Shown: positions 1 to 16,573 of the stretch, one piece after another | Layout: the number at the start of each line of letters is the position of its first letter | Numbering within the stretch: position 1 is the stretch's first letter | Source of the DNA: Oikopleura dioica | Taxonomy: Eukaryota > Animalia > Chordata | Length of the DNA stretch: 64,000 bases | Assembly: GCA_907165135.1 (NCBI GenBank) | Contig: OU015566.1 | Coordinates: forward strand, 8,990,001 to 9,054,000 | Direction of reading: 5' to 3' | Position numbers and translations under genes: made by a program | Notes under the pieces: model-generated | Seen by the model: only the letters and a program-made list of their open reading frames with translations | Told to the model about the DNA's origin: nothing | Database searches by the model: none

Positions 1-288
1 GCAACGGAAGACGCCACCGAATTTAACATCTTCACCGAAAACGATAGTGGATTCATCCCGAGCGAGCTGGATATCTAGAGCAAGAGTTGACTCCTTGAAG
101 AGTTGATGGAATGAATTACCGATAGCGCTTTTGATTGCGTTGCACATATTAGTCTTTTCCGTAGCTCCCAGCTCTGCTGGAGCATCGTCCGGCTGGAATT
201 TAAAGTGCATGTGAGTTCGGACACTGGCAGTAGCATTGACTCCCCGGCTGAGCATCGCTCGTGCCGTCTTTCGGGTAACGCCAATCAT
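1..288 (-). CDS. BCKDHB: Branched-chain alpha-keto acid dehydrogenase E1 beta subunit, 5' part (runs off window edge)
   Basis: Spliced translation MIGVTRKTARAMLSRG...MHFKFQPDDAPAELGATEKTNMCNAIKSAI|DIQLARDESTIVFGEDVKFGGVFRC matches the BCKDHB HFTFQPD and FGEDVAFGGVFRC motifs; mitochondrial presequence-like N-terminus; one short GT-AG intron. Confidence 0.92.
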   Translation of the reverse strand, partial: MIGVTRKTARAMLSRGVNATASVRTHMHFKFQPDDAPAELGATEKTNMCNAIKSAIGNSFHQLFKESTLALDIQLARDESTIVFGEDVKFGGVFRC

Positions 289-443
289 TCTAGCAAAGAG
301 ACACGGTTTGAATGAACTGTAGTTGTTTATTTTTTCTCATGTTTCATGTTATTTATAGTCGAATTCGCAGAACATGGGCGGTTCAATAAATAGGGGGTTT
401 GGTTGGGTTGATTTCGCCGTTGTTTTGCCACAGAAATGTGAAT

Positions 444-1147
444 TTAGTGGCTGAGTGGGTGGAGTCGGTTGCCCTGCTTGTCGTATCGGCCGTGGAAATG
501 CTTCTCGAGGATGTATTCGAATTCGGCGTCACCAATCTGGTGCTGGGCTCGGTATTCGGGGTCTGATTTATTCCTTTAATTTTCTGCGAAAGAATGAAAA
601 TTCGTACCGAAGACTCCAGCGCCGGGTCGAGGACCAGGGAAACTACCCTCGAATGATCGCCAGAAGAAACCAGGGTGGGGGTAGAGATCGTACTATATTG
701 ATGATTGATAAAGATTTTCATCAAGTTTTCTTACCTCGTTGTCACCGTCAACGTAGCCAGGACCAGCGGCGTTGAAGTGGTCGTTGTGGAAACCAGACTT
801 CATGCCAGAAGAGAAGGGCATCTTGGTCTTTCGGCCGTTACCGTTTCCGAGGAGCTCGTGGAAGCTAAAGTTATGATTGAATGTATCTTCCAGAGAAGTT
901 TTTTGTTCACTTACGCCTTGGTGTCGACCTTGGTTTCATAGGGGTTGACGGCGATTCGCTTGTCGCAGTTGAGGATGGCACCGATGACGAAGACGGTTCC
1001 GACGAAGAAGGAGGTCTAAATATTCATAAATCTTCTGGAGGTAAGTAGAAAGGTTACATCTCGCCAGAATCGGGCAGTAGTTTCGGTGAAGTAGTGACCG
1101 AATCGGACGGGGGCGGCGACAACGGGTCTTGCAAGCTTGGAAAGCAT
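444..1147 (-). CDS. COX6A: Cytochrome c oxidase subunit 6A-like with C-terminal extension (5 exons)
   Basis: MLSKLARPVVAAPVRF presequence; ARFWRDTSFFVGTVFVIGAILNC aligns with the COX6A TM helix ([23 protein letters not shown]); KMPFSSGMKSGFHNDHFNAAGPGYVD aligns with [27 protein letters not shown]; four short GT-AG introns keep frame. Confidence 0.65.
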
Positions 1148-1252
1148 TCTAGAATACTCTTGATTGAACCCTTTTTGTTTTCTATCATTATGCGTGTTTT
1201 TACAGGGGACTCGGCAGATCGGGCAGTTATAATTGAGCGAATAAAGAAATGG

Positions 1253-1701
1253 TTAGTTTGGCTTTTGCGGGCGACAACCGTCCGGGACTGGGAATTTGTC
1301 TGGATGAGTTATTTCCATGAGCTTTTTTATTCTCAGATTCGCTGATCCTTGAGCCGTCGCCATTTGCTCCATTTCTTTCAGCTGGCCGTAAACGGAGCCC
1401 TCGTGAGTTGTGCTGCAGGTGACCTAGAATCGGTGATGATTCCAATTGGACAAACGAGTTTAGAGCGAACCTGGCTGAGATAATGAATTTGGTTCGTCAA
1501 GGCACCTTCGACTTCGTCAATCTCCTTGAGAAACTTGTCGGTCAGTTTGACAGCATTCTTTTCCGATATCTTTTCAGTGCCAAGCTCGCCAATGACTTGT
1601 CCACAGTTCTTGATCGCACTGACAAGCTGCTTCTCAATTTGGTCAAGCGCTTTCAACTTGCCCTCTGTGTCAAGTGATGATATAGCTTCTCTCTTCGCCA
1701 T
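1253..1701 (-). CDS. MED11: Mediator complex subunit 11 (2 exons)
   Basis: KLKALDQIEKQLVSAIKNCGQVIGELGTEK...EVEGALTNQIHYLSQ|VTCSTTHEGSVYG matches MED11 (RLRALEDIE...[23 protein letters not shown]). Confidence 0.9.
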
Positions 1702-1763
1702 TCTAGAAAATCCGCTCTGTATCAAAAAGGTTGAATATGAATTATCGAATTTGAGTATTGATG

Positions 1764-3599
1764 TCAAACATCAGAGAACATTTGAAGCTGAGTGTGAGGC
1801 ATGGCGATGTGAGATGATCCGATGTAAATATCGGAAGTAAATGAACAAGTATTTTTAGATGTAAACCAGCTCGAAGAAGCCTTGAAAGTTTGATTTGAAA
1901 GCTCGTATGCTGCGCGCATCTCAGAAGGAGCAACTCCTCCGAGGATAAAAACAACTGTCTTTCGCTTTTGAGTTCCAGATTTTAAACTAAATTTCAAAGT
2001 AGAGAAGAGCACTTGAAAAAAAGATTCACCTTGACATCTTGGGCTTGACTGATTGAATTTTATTGAAAATCCTCTCATCAAGTTCTCCCACCTGCGCGAA
2101 ATGGATCAAATCGGTGATTCGCGATATGTATCTGGAGTCTGTGAATTTTATGTCTTCCTCGTTCTGTTTTCTTTTCGGCATCTTTGTTACGATTGGCAGG
2201 TCTTTATCGATAACAGTTGCATTGAAATATCGCATGTTCTTGACGATCTTCCACTTTTCTTCATGGATACCAGCATTTTTCAGCAATTGATTGATCTTTT
2301 CTTCCTCGAGGCCTTTCTTATTATGGCAAAGGAGAAGAATGAGACGCATCTTCATCTCTTCTGATAATTCCTTGTTTAAAATCCAAGGAATTACAGCTTT
2401 AATCGGCTTATCTGCTGAATCGCAAGCAAGATCTTGCTCCGCATCGCACAAATCATCAATCCACGAATCATAATTTCGATCGAGCACCTCTGAGATAGAA
2501 ATGTGCCGTTCAAGTTCTTGAATTTGCTTCTGAAAATGCGGAAGGCGGCGCATCAAGTTTGCGAGAGATTTAGTCGAGCCATCAGACTTGTTCAATCCAC
2601 GCTGTCTAGCCATGAGGTCATCGTATTTATTAGCTAATTTTTTCATCACATCTGCCATGTGTAAATGCCTGAGGCTTGCCCATGTCTTGTCCTCGGTTTC
2701 ATCAAGAAGTAGTTGTCTATCTTCAACTGTGACGATGTCTCCATCAGCTCGGAGGACATCGTAAGCCATCGCCTGATAAGTGAGTTCGTGAAGAAGAGGC
2801 GCGAAGGGATCGTAACTTCTGTCAACAATTATCAAATCGCCGATAGTGGAGGCAAGTCTTCCATTCTGGTTCAACTTCTTTCTGGTCAATGAAGCCAGGT
2901 CAACGCAATTGCATATTTGAGACTGAAAGTACATGTCGAAATCGCCACCAAGGGCGATGGCAACGGTATTGAGTTGCTCGGCCAGCCTCTCTAGTTTCCT
3001 CTGACGATAAGAGTCATCGATTATTCGTTTGTAAAATTTAGGCTCGTCCAGAAGAAAGACGCGGGACTCAAAGGGCAGGAACGCAACATCTATTTCGCGT
3101 AATGAGGAAATCTTCTTTCCAGCTCGAGATGTTGCGATGAAGGAGAAAAGATAATCCGGAAGGCGATCAGTGAGATAGAGATGAATGCCTATACGAAAAC
3201 CAAAAGTGAGTCTTCCATGATTTCACAAAGGAGCACACTCGTTTTAGTTTTTTCACACATTCACTCTTCAATTACATTTATACTGGTCTCTCTTCACGAA
3301 ATCATCAACAACGATGCTCAGGGACATTCTTGTTGGAGTGATGAAGTAAATCGCGTCGACGTCTGGCATCGGCCGCCTTTTTTTATTCAAGTCCTCGACA
3401 ATTACGATCTTTTCTTTCAACAAATCGCTCATCTTTGTCGACTGCGAAAGGATCTTCGTTGTCATCGAGTCAAGAACAAGGACTTTCCAGTTGTCATCCC
3501 TCTCCAGCTCGAAGATGTCCTTGTAAACTCCTCAATTGAGTTGAAATTTTATCCTCGATACAGTTAGTACGTACTGTTGGCGACATAATCAACGAGCAT
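1764..3599 (-). CDS. Divergent Sec1/Munc18 (STXBP) paralog, tandem duplicate
   Basis: [83 protein letters not shown] and IGSSHI motifs; frame intact across 3 introns. Confidence 0.9.
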
Positions 3600-3998
3600 A
3601 TTTTCCCGAGCGATTTACTTCTCTAAAGGTCAACTAGTCAACGCCTTCTATTTTTGATTGCACACATTTTTTGCATGTATGAATGTCTGTAATTTTGTTG
3701 TCACAAATGTTTAGAATATTTTTTGTGATTATATAAGAAGTTATAGGGCTTAGTTTACGACATTCAGCAGTATATTTAAATAGTATTTATGTTAAGACGA
3801 GAAGAATATATCCGTAAAGTGATGACGTAATCGTGCAAGGTACGAAAGAACGAAATGTTAAAATTGGCTTTTTGAAGAATAGGGTTTGAAGCGAATGAAA
3901 TAGTCAGAAATGGTATTTTACCGAATAATTGGAAAAATAAAGGAAGTGTTTTATGTTTGTTTTACGAAGAATTTCTCAAATAGGAGCGACTTAAGGTA

Positions 3999-6989
3999 TC
4001 AGCCGTATTTAGCAAAGGCTGGGTTGGAATATGCGTTTGAATTTTGATTTGTGTTGCGGTTGATGGTGGCCAGAAATGGATCTAAAGAAAAATATCTTTT
4101 TTCTCTCGTTTTAAAGGCGATCGTGTTACCATATTTTTGAGCATCGTCTAATGTCGATAGGTCATGAAGGAAACTAGAAGGGGTGATCATCTTATGGGAC
4201 CCTAAAAAGGTTGAGTTTCTGCTGTATAGTTTTGTACATGCAAATTATGTGACGAGTAATTTCTTGTTGGCTTTTCTACAATTAGTAAGACATTTTATGA
4301 GACTGACAAATGGGATAAAAAAGCTTGAGCGATAAATCGACAACATCTAGTCACCTATTCTCCGTAATCATTGAAGCTAACTTCTGTGACTCGGGTCAAA
4401 TCGCCCGTCATATTTAGAAAATCTCTCGGTCGAACCAGGTGCGTTGATCCTTTGTTTGTGCAATTAGTTTTTTGAAAAGACAAAATTGTTTTTGAATTTA
4501 ATTATCGAAGACTTACCGACGAGAACTTCCCACTTCTCTCTGGCTTGATTATTTCCGCGGCCACCACTTCTCTATAACAAGGTTACTATGAGTAAACAAT
4601 TGCTAAGAGGCCAAGGTTTGGCTCTAGAGTTACTAATGCCGAAGAGCGACTAATGCGTAGGCGCAGCTCTGGGCACACAAAGTGAATGAAAAGGCTGGCG
4701 AATTTTTACCTGAGGGACGTAATCGCGGGATACTTCGTACGCGCACCGCATTTCAGAGCACGTCAATCCGCCAAGAACGAAGAGGATGATTCGAGGCCCC
4801 GATTTCGCCTCAAGCTTGTCGCCATCTTTTTTATGCCAGTGATAACGCGCGCTAGAAAAATCTTTTTAAAACAGTTATTCAAGCAAGCTAGACTCCTGGT
4901 GAATCAAATTCTGGCTACATAAATTGTATGATCAGTGTGATAAATGAGATTTAAATCATAATTGAATCAGATAATTGCGGTTCTAAAAGATACCTCGCGC
5001 CTTGCGCTTGCTGACGCGCACTTTTTGCTTCGCCACTAGAATAAAAATGCTTTTTACTTGACCTTCTTCTTTGGGATTTGTCTCTTTTGCGAGCCAGTTA
5101 GTTTTAAGTTAGGTCCTTTAGTTAATTTTTATCTGATACCCTGCGCTGTAAAACCGTCGACGAGCCTCTTTATTCCTTTCAAAACGGAGCATTCGAAAGA
5201 AATCTGCGCTCACAGACTTTCTTCAAGAAGAGTACATCCTTTTATCTACAAAAAAAAAAAACGTACCTTCTCACACCACCAGTAGACACCATCGGACGAG
5301 TTCCCGCGAGAAATTGGAAAACACGGTCGTCAAGTTTACCGTCTATCGCATACTTGCAAAATTTATTGACTTCGTTTCAAAAATATTGTTGTAAAGTACC
5401 TCCATAACGTCCTTTATACTAGGGATAAATCGGGAGAGCTGATATTTGACTGATGCTGAGCGATCTTTTCTGTTGATAGTTGGTGGCTTTTTGCGACCAG
5501 AGTCCATGGTAATAGGGACGTTGAGTTTCGCCATGTTTCGGATGATGCACTCATCCTTTTCCATGATTTGAGCGTGAGACACGAGCTTTGAAAGGTTCTC
5601 TTCTGTGATGCCGCCCTTGTTGTAGATGTACAGGAGGATAATTCTGATTTTATCGAGAGCATCGACGTTTCTAAAAAGCTAGTTGGAGCTTGACTCAACG
5701 AAAGACTTTCGTCGAAAGTCAACAAACTTACGAATCTAGTAGGATCGGAATGATGTTCTTCATGGGTTCTTTCAAGCGTTCACGATCACTAGTCTCACCA
5801 GTTGCCAGATCTTGCTCCACCTTGCACAACTTCTCCACGTTCTTCGAGTACTGCTTTTGACAGGCCTCAACAATGTGCATATGATTCAGATATGCTTGGA
5901 TCTCCTTTTGGTACTGTGGCATCGCCTGCATCATCTTTGACAAGTCCTTGATCGAGGCGTTTTCGGAGGTCTTGTGTCGCTTTTCCTTCGCGAAGTTCTT
6001 GAATCGTTCCGGGATGGTTCTCATGCAGTCAGCGATGTGGTTGTGGCGGAACTCGTTCCACAGAGCATCATTTTCATCGAGGATGACTTCCTTTTGCGTT
6101 GTCTGGCCTCGGTCATTCGTCGTTTCGTATCGCATCACATCGTTGTCGATATCAAGCAGATCTTGTGCCATAGCTTGGTAGGTGAGTTCGTGAACGAGAG
6201 GAGTAACAGGATCGAAGCTTCGGTCGATGATGATCAGTTGAGTTTGATCCTTGAACGCACCCTCGCCCATTTTGGGATTATCAGCTTTAAAGCCATTCAG
6301 CTTTGCTTGTAAAATATTCGCGAGTTCCACTGCATTCTCGGACCAGCTCTGATGGCGAATGGAAGGGTACTCTCCAAGCAAGCTACACAATGTAGCCAAC
6401 TGTTCGGCATAACGCTCGAGGGTTTCGACACGCGCAGCTGGATCGCTCGAGTTGTAGATCCGCTTGAAAGATTTTTCATTGTCAAGCATGTAAACTTGTG
6501 ATTCATAAGGTAAAAAGGCGATGTTGATTTCTTTGAAGGTTCTGATGAATTTGATGACCCGGGAGCTTTTGAGCTCGTCCATGTGGTAGTCAGGGACGGT
6601 ATCAGTGAAGTAGAGATGAACGCCAGTGTAGGTGTTGCGCGTTTTAAAGTCATTGATGAGCTTCGTTATGGACTCGTCGCAAGGAGAGATGAAGTAAATT
6701 GCTTCCATGTTGGTCATCGGCTGACGGGTCTTCGTCAGATCTTCAATCAATGTGATTCGCTCTTGCATAACGTCCGTCATTTTGCAACAGGAAGACAAGA
6801 TTCTTGTGGATAGACGGTCCAGCACAAGGATTTTCCATTTGTCTTCTTCTCTTTGGTCCCGGATGACATCTTGCAAGATTTCTTGAAAAAAAAGGGTAAG
6901 TTTGAGTACTCTTCCATGATTTCAAAATTGTGACAAATTAACTCTAAAGTAGACTACTTACTTTGCCCGACAAGCTGTTTCAACGCCAT
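3999..6989 (-). CDS. STXBP1: Munc18-1/STXBP1 ortholog with probable alternative exons
   Basis: [10 protein letters not shown]|ILQDVI...[80 protein letters not shown]; terminal exons at 4355-4449 and 3999-4201. Confidence 0.95.
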
Positions 6990-7635
6990 TTTACGCGAAT
7001 CCGAATATTCTCTCTTTATCTTAAAATTATCTTCTCAAACACTTAAAATATATATTTTGACTTGCTAGCTGCTTGTAGCGATTGTTGTATTTGGAAAGTA
7101 TCGATTTCTGACATAGAAAGGCCGTCCTGCCATAGCTAGATGGCGCATCGATCTACTCATTTATTACAGAATCGATCAGTTAATTAAAAAACCTACAGTC
7201 ACGTCAGCAGGGATCAGTTGTAACTCTCTGAGTATTCTGATCGACACGTACACATATTAATGACTCAAAGGTTCGCGATTAATTGTTAAACGTAAGTCAT
7301 AGCCATTAAATCTAGCAATAAATACACATTTATGTTATCAAACTTGTTTTCATTTGGGGCAAGATATCAGAGAAAAGGACACGACAACAATATCGTGAGG
7401 GAAAAACATGTTCTCTTGTAGTAAATTTAAGAACTGGAACGGACAAAGATATCTGTAATGGGAGGGAAACGAAGAAGGGCAGTATAAAGGTACAATTAAA
7501 AAAGGCTAAGCAACAGAGAGGGCTAGAGCTAACTGGTTTATCGTCGGTAGTCGTCATACTTGGGTGGGGATCGTCCACTTCGTCGTGGAGGAGATCTGAG
7601 CGAAATTTGTTATTTCGACGATTCGGGAATCCGGG

Positions 7636-12035
<4,400 letters not shown>

Positions 12036-12734
12036 TCTACAACAATTAAGTTTATATTGAAAATATATTTGCAAAATAGTAAAACACGGACTGTAAGACT
12101 TATTAAAACTAAAAAAGAACTTTCGAGAAGTCCTAAAAATCTGGAAAAGTTTCGTCACTTTCTCGGTGTCCAATAAGGTGCCTTATTTTTTGACAATTTT
12201 TTCGAATGACTTTCTCTACTGGTAAATCGTAAGAAGACGACAAGAAGACGTGAAATACTCGAATTCCCCGGTTTTTGTGTCAACGCGAGAAAAAATGACA
12301 ATTACGAAAGAAGGCTTCGATTGGCCGCGCCGATCCAGAGTTCGATGACTCACGCGACGAGAATTATGCGACGTTAGAATTTACTCTCTTATCAGCTTCC
12401 TCCTGTAACAGGAGTGCTGTTGCAGTGAGACTATGGAAATTATTTATTAAAATGAATCGTATGCCCATATTGTAGGTAGGATACTATGGATCTCGCTTTA
12501 TTTGTAAAAAATGATTTTACTAAAATCTTAAAAAAAATCTTGCATCCCTCTTATCACTTTCTGCCTGTTACTAAGAGACTCTCAAAATATCAATATTTAT
12601 TACAATGAAACTGAACACATGTCCAGAAGTGTAGTTGCTAGCTCTGAAACTTGTCTAAAATATTCAAGAATAATGTTGAAATGTCGATTTCTGATATTAA
12701 TTCTTGATTTTAACCCACAAGAAATTGCCTTAGA
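12036..12734. promoter_or_regulatory. Divergent (bidirectional) promoter region DDX5 / ATAD3
   Basis: Head-to-head starts 700 bp apart; both ATGs preceded by AG|A acceptors. Confidence 0.55.
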
Positions 12735-15026
12735 ATGGGTTGGAATCCTTTTGCCGCCAAGTCGAACAACCCCCTCGACAATGTCGAGCTTCCCGCCGAC
12801 GCAGCAGTTCCCGACGCCCCTCAACAGCCTGGTGGAGTCAAAGAAGTCGAAAAAGCCGCAAAACAGAGCGGATCCGGCGGCGCTCAGAATATTGCTGCTC
12901 TTTCTGCTTCATTTTCGGACATGGGAAACTCCATGGCCGAGTTTTCCAACATTGTCAGCGATTTGAAAAGAAGTGGTCAATGGAACGAAGCGATCAAGGT
13001 TCACCTTCCCTACTTCAAATCACAATTTAAAACCTTCTTTAGATCATGAGCCAACACGAAGCCACCCAGCAAGAAAAGTACAAAGCGCAGTCTGAAGAAC
13101 ACAAGCTCCAGATCGAACAGCTCAAAGCTGGAGCTTTGAGAGAGCAAAACCAGGCCGAACTTGAGCGAAGAAAACATCAACACGAAATGGACATGAAAAA
13201 GGTCCAATATCAAGGTAAAAACAGGCTCTATCGACGAAAGGCTGAATGAAATCTTTTAGATCAACTGGCGCAGAAAAGAAAGGAAAAAGAAATGGCCATG
13301 GAATTAGAAAAGCAAAGACTAGCGGAGGAGCAGAGATTGGCTTCCTTGGAAAAAGAAGAGTCCATCAGAAGACGTAAAATACGCTTTATCGGGCCATCTT
13401 TACTCACGTTTTTTAGAAACGATCTTATGGCAGCAAGAAGAAGAGCTGAAAAAAGAAGGCCAAAAGGCAAAAATCCACGCTAGGGCAATGGCCGAAGTTG
13501 AGCGAGAAAACCACGACCTTCGGATGGAACAGAAACGCCTCGAAGCCAAAGAGCGAGGCAAAGCAGACGCTGAAGTTGGAAAGGAATCTGCGAAATTGCG
13601 AATGGAGTTGTTCAAGAGATTGATGCAGAATCAGGATGGTATGCTGACGAACGCGGCTATTTCTGGCGCGGGATTGATTTGCGCCTTCTTTGCGTTTAAA
13701 AATGCCTTTGGATTTGGATTCAGACATTTGGAAGCGATCACTACCAAACCTAATCTAGGTACCAGCTTCATAACATTCTCATTTTACCCGTTTTCTAGTG
13801 CAAGAAACGTCGCGAAAAGCCTGGAACACAGTCATCCCCAGTCTCATAAAACAAATGCGAGGGCAAACGGTGAAACGGCCCAATTATATTTTCAGCGAAA
13901 AAGTCCAAGCTAAAGTCGAAGACATCAAATTAGTTACAAGGTATAAAGCATCAGTTAGGAGCATCGTATTAGAAGTTAATCGCTTTAGAAACGCGTTGAT
14001 CAATAAACAAGCGCATCGAAATGTATTACTGTATGGACCTCCTGGGACGGGAAAGACGTTGTATGCAAAATCGCTGGCTACTGATGCTAATATGCAGTAT
14101 GCGATCATGTCTGGCGGTGATGTGGCTCCTCTTGGCGCTCAAGCGACTTATGAACTCAACAAATGTAAGTATAAGACTGTTATTAGACGATCATCGGGGT
14201 AAATAATTATTGTTGTTGGTTAGTAAGACCTTTTTAATTAGTATTTAACTGGGCTGACAAGTCAAAGAAGGGCCTGGTCTTGTTTATTGACGAAGCGGAA
14301 GCGTTTTTGCGACCAAGAGATGAAAACATGTCCCCAGAGTTGCGATCAGTCATCAACACCTTCCTCGCGCGAACTGGTGAACCAAGCAACAAGTAAGAAT
14401 ATTGAATCAGTTGCTCGTTTTATCATTATTATTTCAGAATGCAAATCGTCCTTGCAACGAACCAGGTTAACCAGCTTGACTCGGCCGTGTTAGATCGAAT
14501 GAATGAGCTTCTCGAAATCCCCCTTCCAGAGTTTCCCGAGCGTGAAGCCATGCTCAAACAATACATTTTGCGACGGGGCACCAAATCTCTCTCGAACAAA
14601 AGGCTCTTCTCATAAAATTTTTTTCAAATTTGAAATTTTCAAAGTGCGGAGTCAATAAACAATAATCCTCCTTTTCGTACCCCTAATAAAGTCGAAAGTC
14701 ATTGAGCCAGCGTCGATGAAGGACCAGCGTGTTAGTCTTTCCGAGGACGTCATTCCCAACTTTAACGATATCTGCAACGATTTGGCGAAAATTACCGAGG
14801 GAATGAGCGGCCGAGAGATTGAGAAAATGTGCAGCAATGTTTACGTAAGCATTAAGTTTTCCTTTCGTCTTTTGAAAGTTGATTCTTTCAGGCATCTGCA
14901 GTTTCGAAAGAAGAGGCTGTTATCGACCGGGCAGAGCTAGAAACAGCTGCGAAAGAATACAAGAGCCAGAGCGACGAGAAAGCTAGAATCAGAGAGTATC
15001 AGCTCAAACGAGCCATGACGATTTAG
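12735..15026 (+). CDS. ATAD3: ATAD3 mitochondrial AAA+ ATPase
   Basis: Coiled-coil N-region and TM segment; KPNL|VQETSR; Walker A YGPPGTGKT; AIMSGGDVAPLG; LFIDEAEAFLR; VLATNQ; EGMSGREI. Confidence 0.93.
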
Positions 15027-15418
15027 GAAAATTATTGAAAGAAAAAATCGAAATATTTTATGATCCAAAAAGAAAAAAATCCTCTTCAAATGTGCCCTGC
15101 CCTGATTTCTATACTTTATTTATTTATTGATTCATCTCTTGTTGGTTGACAAAGAAAAGCTCAAATCTTAAATTCAAGAGTTTTGAGTTTTCATTTCATT
15201 CTCTAATTTATTTATTTCCTCACTGTATATATTGTGAGAGCGAAAAAACTCTGGCTGTTTCTTTTGATGCTACTTGAGATGATTGATCCTAGAATATTAA
15301 CTTTCCCTCACACATTTTTGAATGAATTCAATTCCGAAATTGAAGAATTGAACTTTGGAACAAGTTCACAATTTTAAATCAGGATCTCAAAGTTTCTGAA
15401 CACAAGTCTTTTTAGACA

Positions 15419-16573
15419 ATGGAATATGACAAGGACCCATCGTATGTTCAACTAGTTACTGACATTGCAGATAAATTTAGCGAGTATGCAGCTTCACTAA
15501 CAGTAAGTTCCCTTTGTATCCAACCCTTATAATGTTTTCAAGGCAAATGATTTGACGATTTCCTCGATCACCAAAACAGTCCTGTACCACTGGAACTTCT
15601 CCGCTGCCGATCTCATCTTTCCCCTCATCGCTGCCTTAGTAATATTTTTGCTGAAACAAATCATCGTAGGGATTCTCAATGCCATCGATCTCTCAAACTT
15701 TCAACCCGTCGACGCCAAAAAACTCCCCGAGTCAGTCTTTCAACTTATTATGTACAGGTATGTGTGCGCTTATTAGATCATTTTGCTTACTTTTTAGTGG
15801 CCTGTGGATTCTGGAGACGAAGATAGTACTCGACCACGATTTCCTTGTTAGCCCATCGAAGACTTTTCACAACTGGTCTGAAAAGCGAGAAGAACCACTG
15901 CCCTTTGATGCATACTGGCTGTATGTTACTGTTATTGGATTCTATATACAGGCGCTTGTCTGCTGCATTCTGATAGGTAACGAAATAAATTTCATAAATC
16001 AAGCCTTAATTAATTTTATTGAAAAGATGAGCGAAGAAAAGACACGAACGTCATGATTCTCCATCACATCGCCACCTTATTCCTCGTTGTTTTCTCCTTT
16101 GGAATGCGTTTCTGGGCGATTGGCTGCCTCGTCCTCTTCTGCCACGACATTTGCGACATATTCCTCGATGTTTCGAAGCTTTTCCTCTACTTTCAAAACC
16201 GAAAAGTGTGCTCAAAGCCGACTTGGTATATTTGCGAGGTTACGAAGTCAATCTCCTTCGGATTTTTTGTCCTGAGCTGGATTTGGTTCCGGTTTAATTT
16301 GTATCCAAGAAAGGCAATTTATGGCGCTGCCTATCACAGGTTTGAATACCTCCTTCTATTTTTTTATTAACTGTTTATTTATTAAGCATGGTTGAAATCA
16401 AAGGCGGCCCTCCAGTATATCCCTTTTACAGCTTCCTGCTAATGTCGATTCAAGTCATGCATATTTACTGGTTCTTCTTCATTTTCAAGCTTCTTCTGAA
16501 AATCCTTACTGGCGCCAAGTTGGACCGAGACACACGAGAATACGAGGAATCAAACGAAAAGAAGACCGACTAG
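15419..16573 (+). CDS. CERS1: Ceramide synthase (TLC/Lag1 domain, CerS1-like, no homeodomain)
   Basis: RRKDTNVMILHHIATLFLVVFS...GCLVLFCHDICDIFLDVSK Lag1p motif; multiple TM segments; C-terminal DRDTREYEE. Confidence 0.85.

Noticed and set aside
3211-3225. 15-mer TCTTCCATGATTTCA shared with 6910-6924, in introns of the two Munc18 paralogs
   Set aside because: The introns are non-homologous, and one or two such matches are expected by chance in 64 kb of AT-rich DNA
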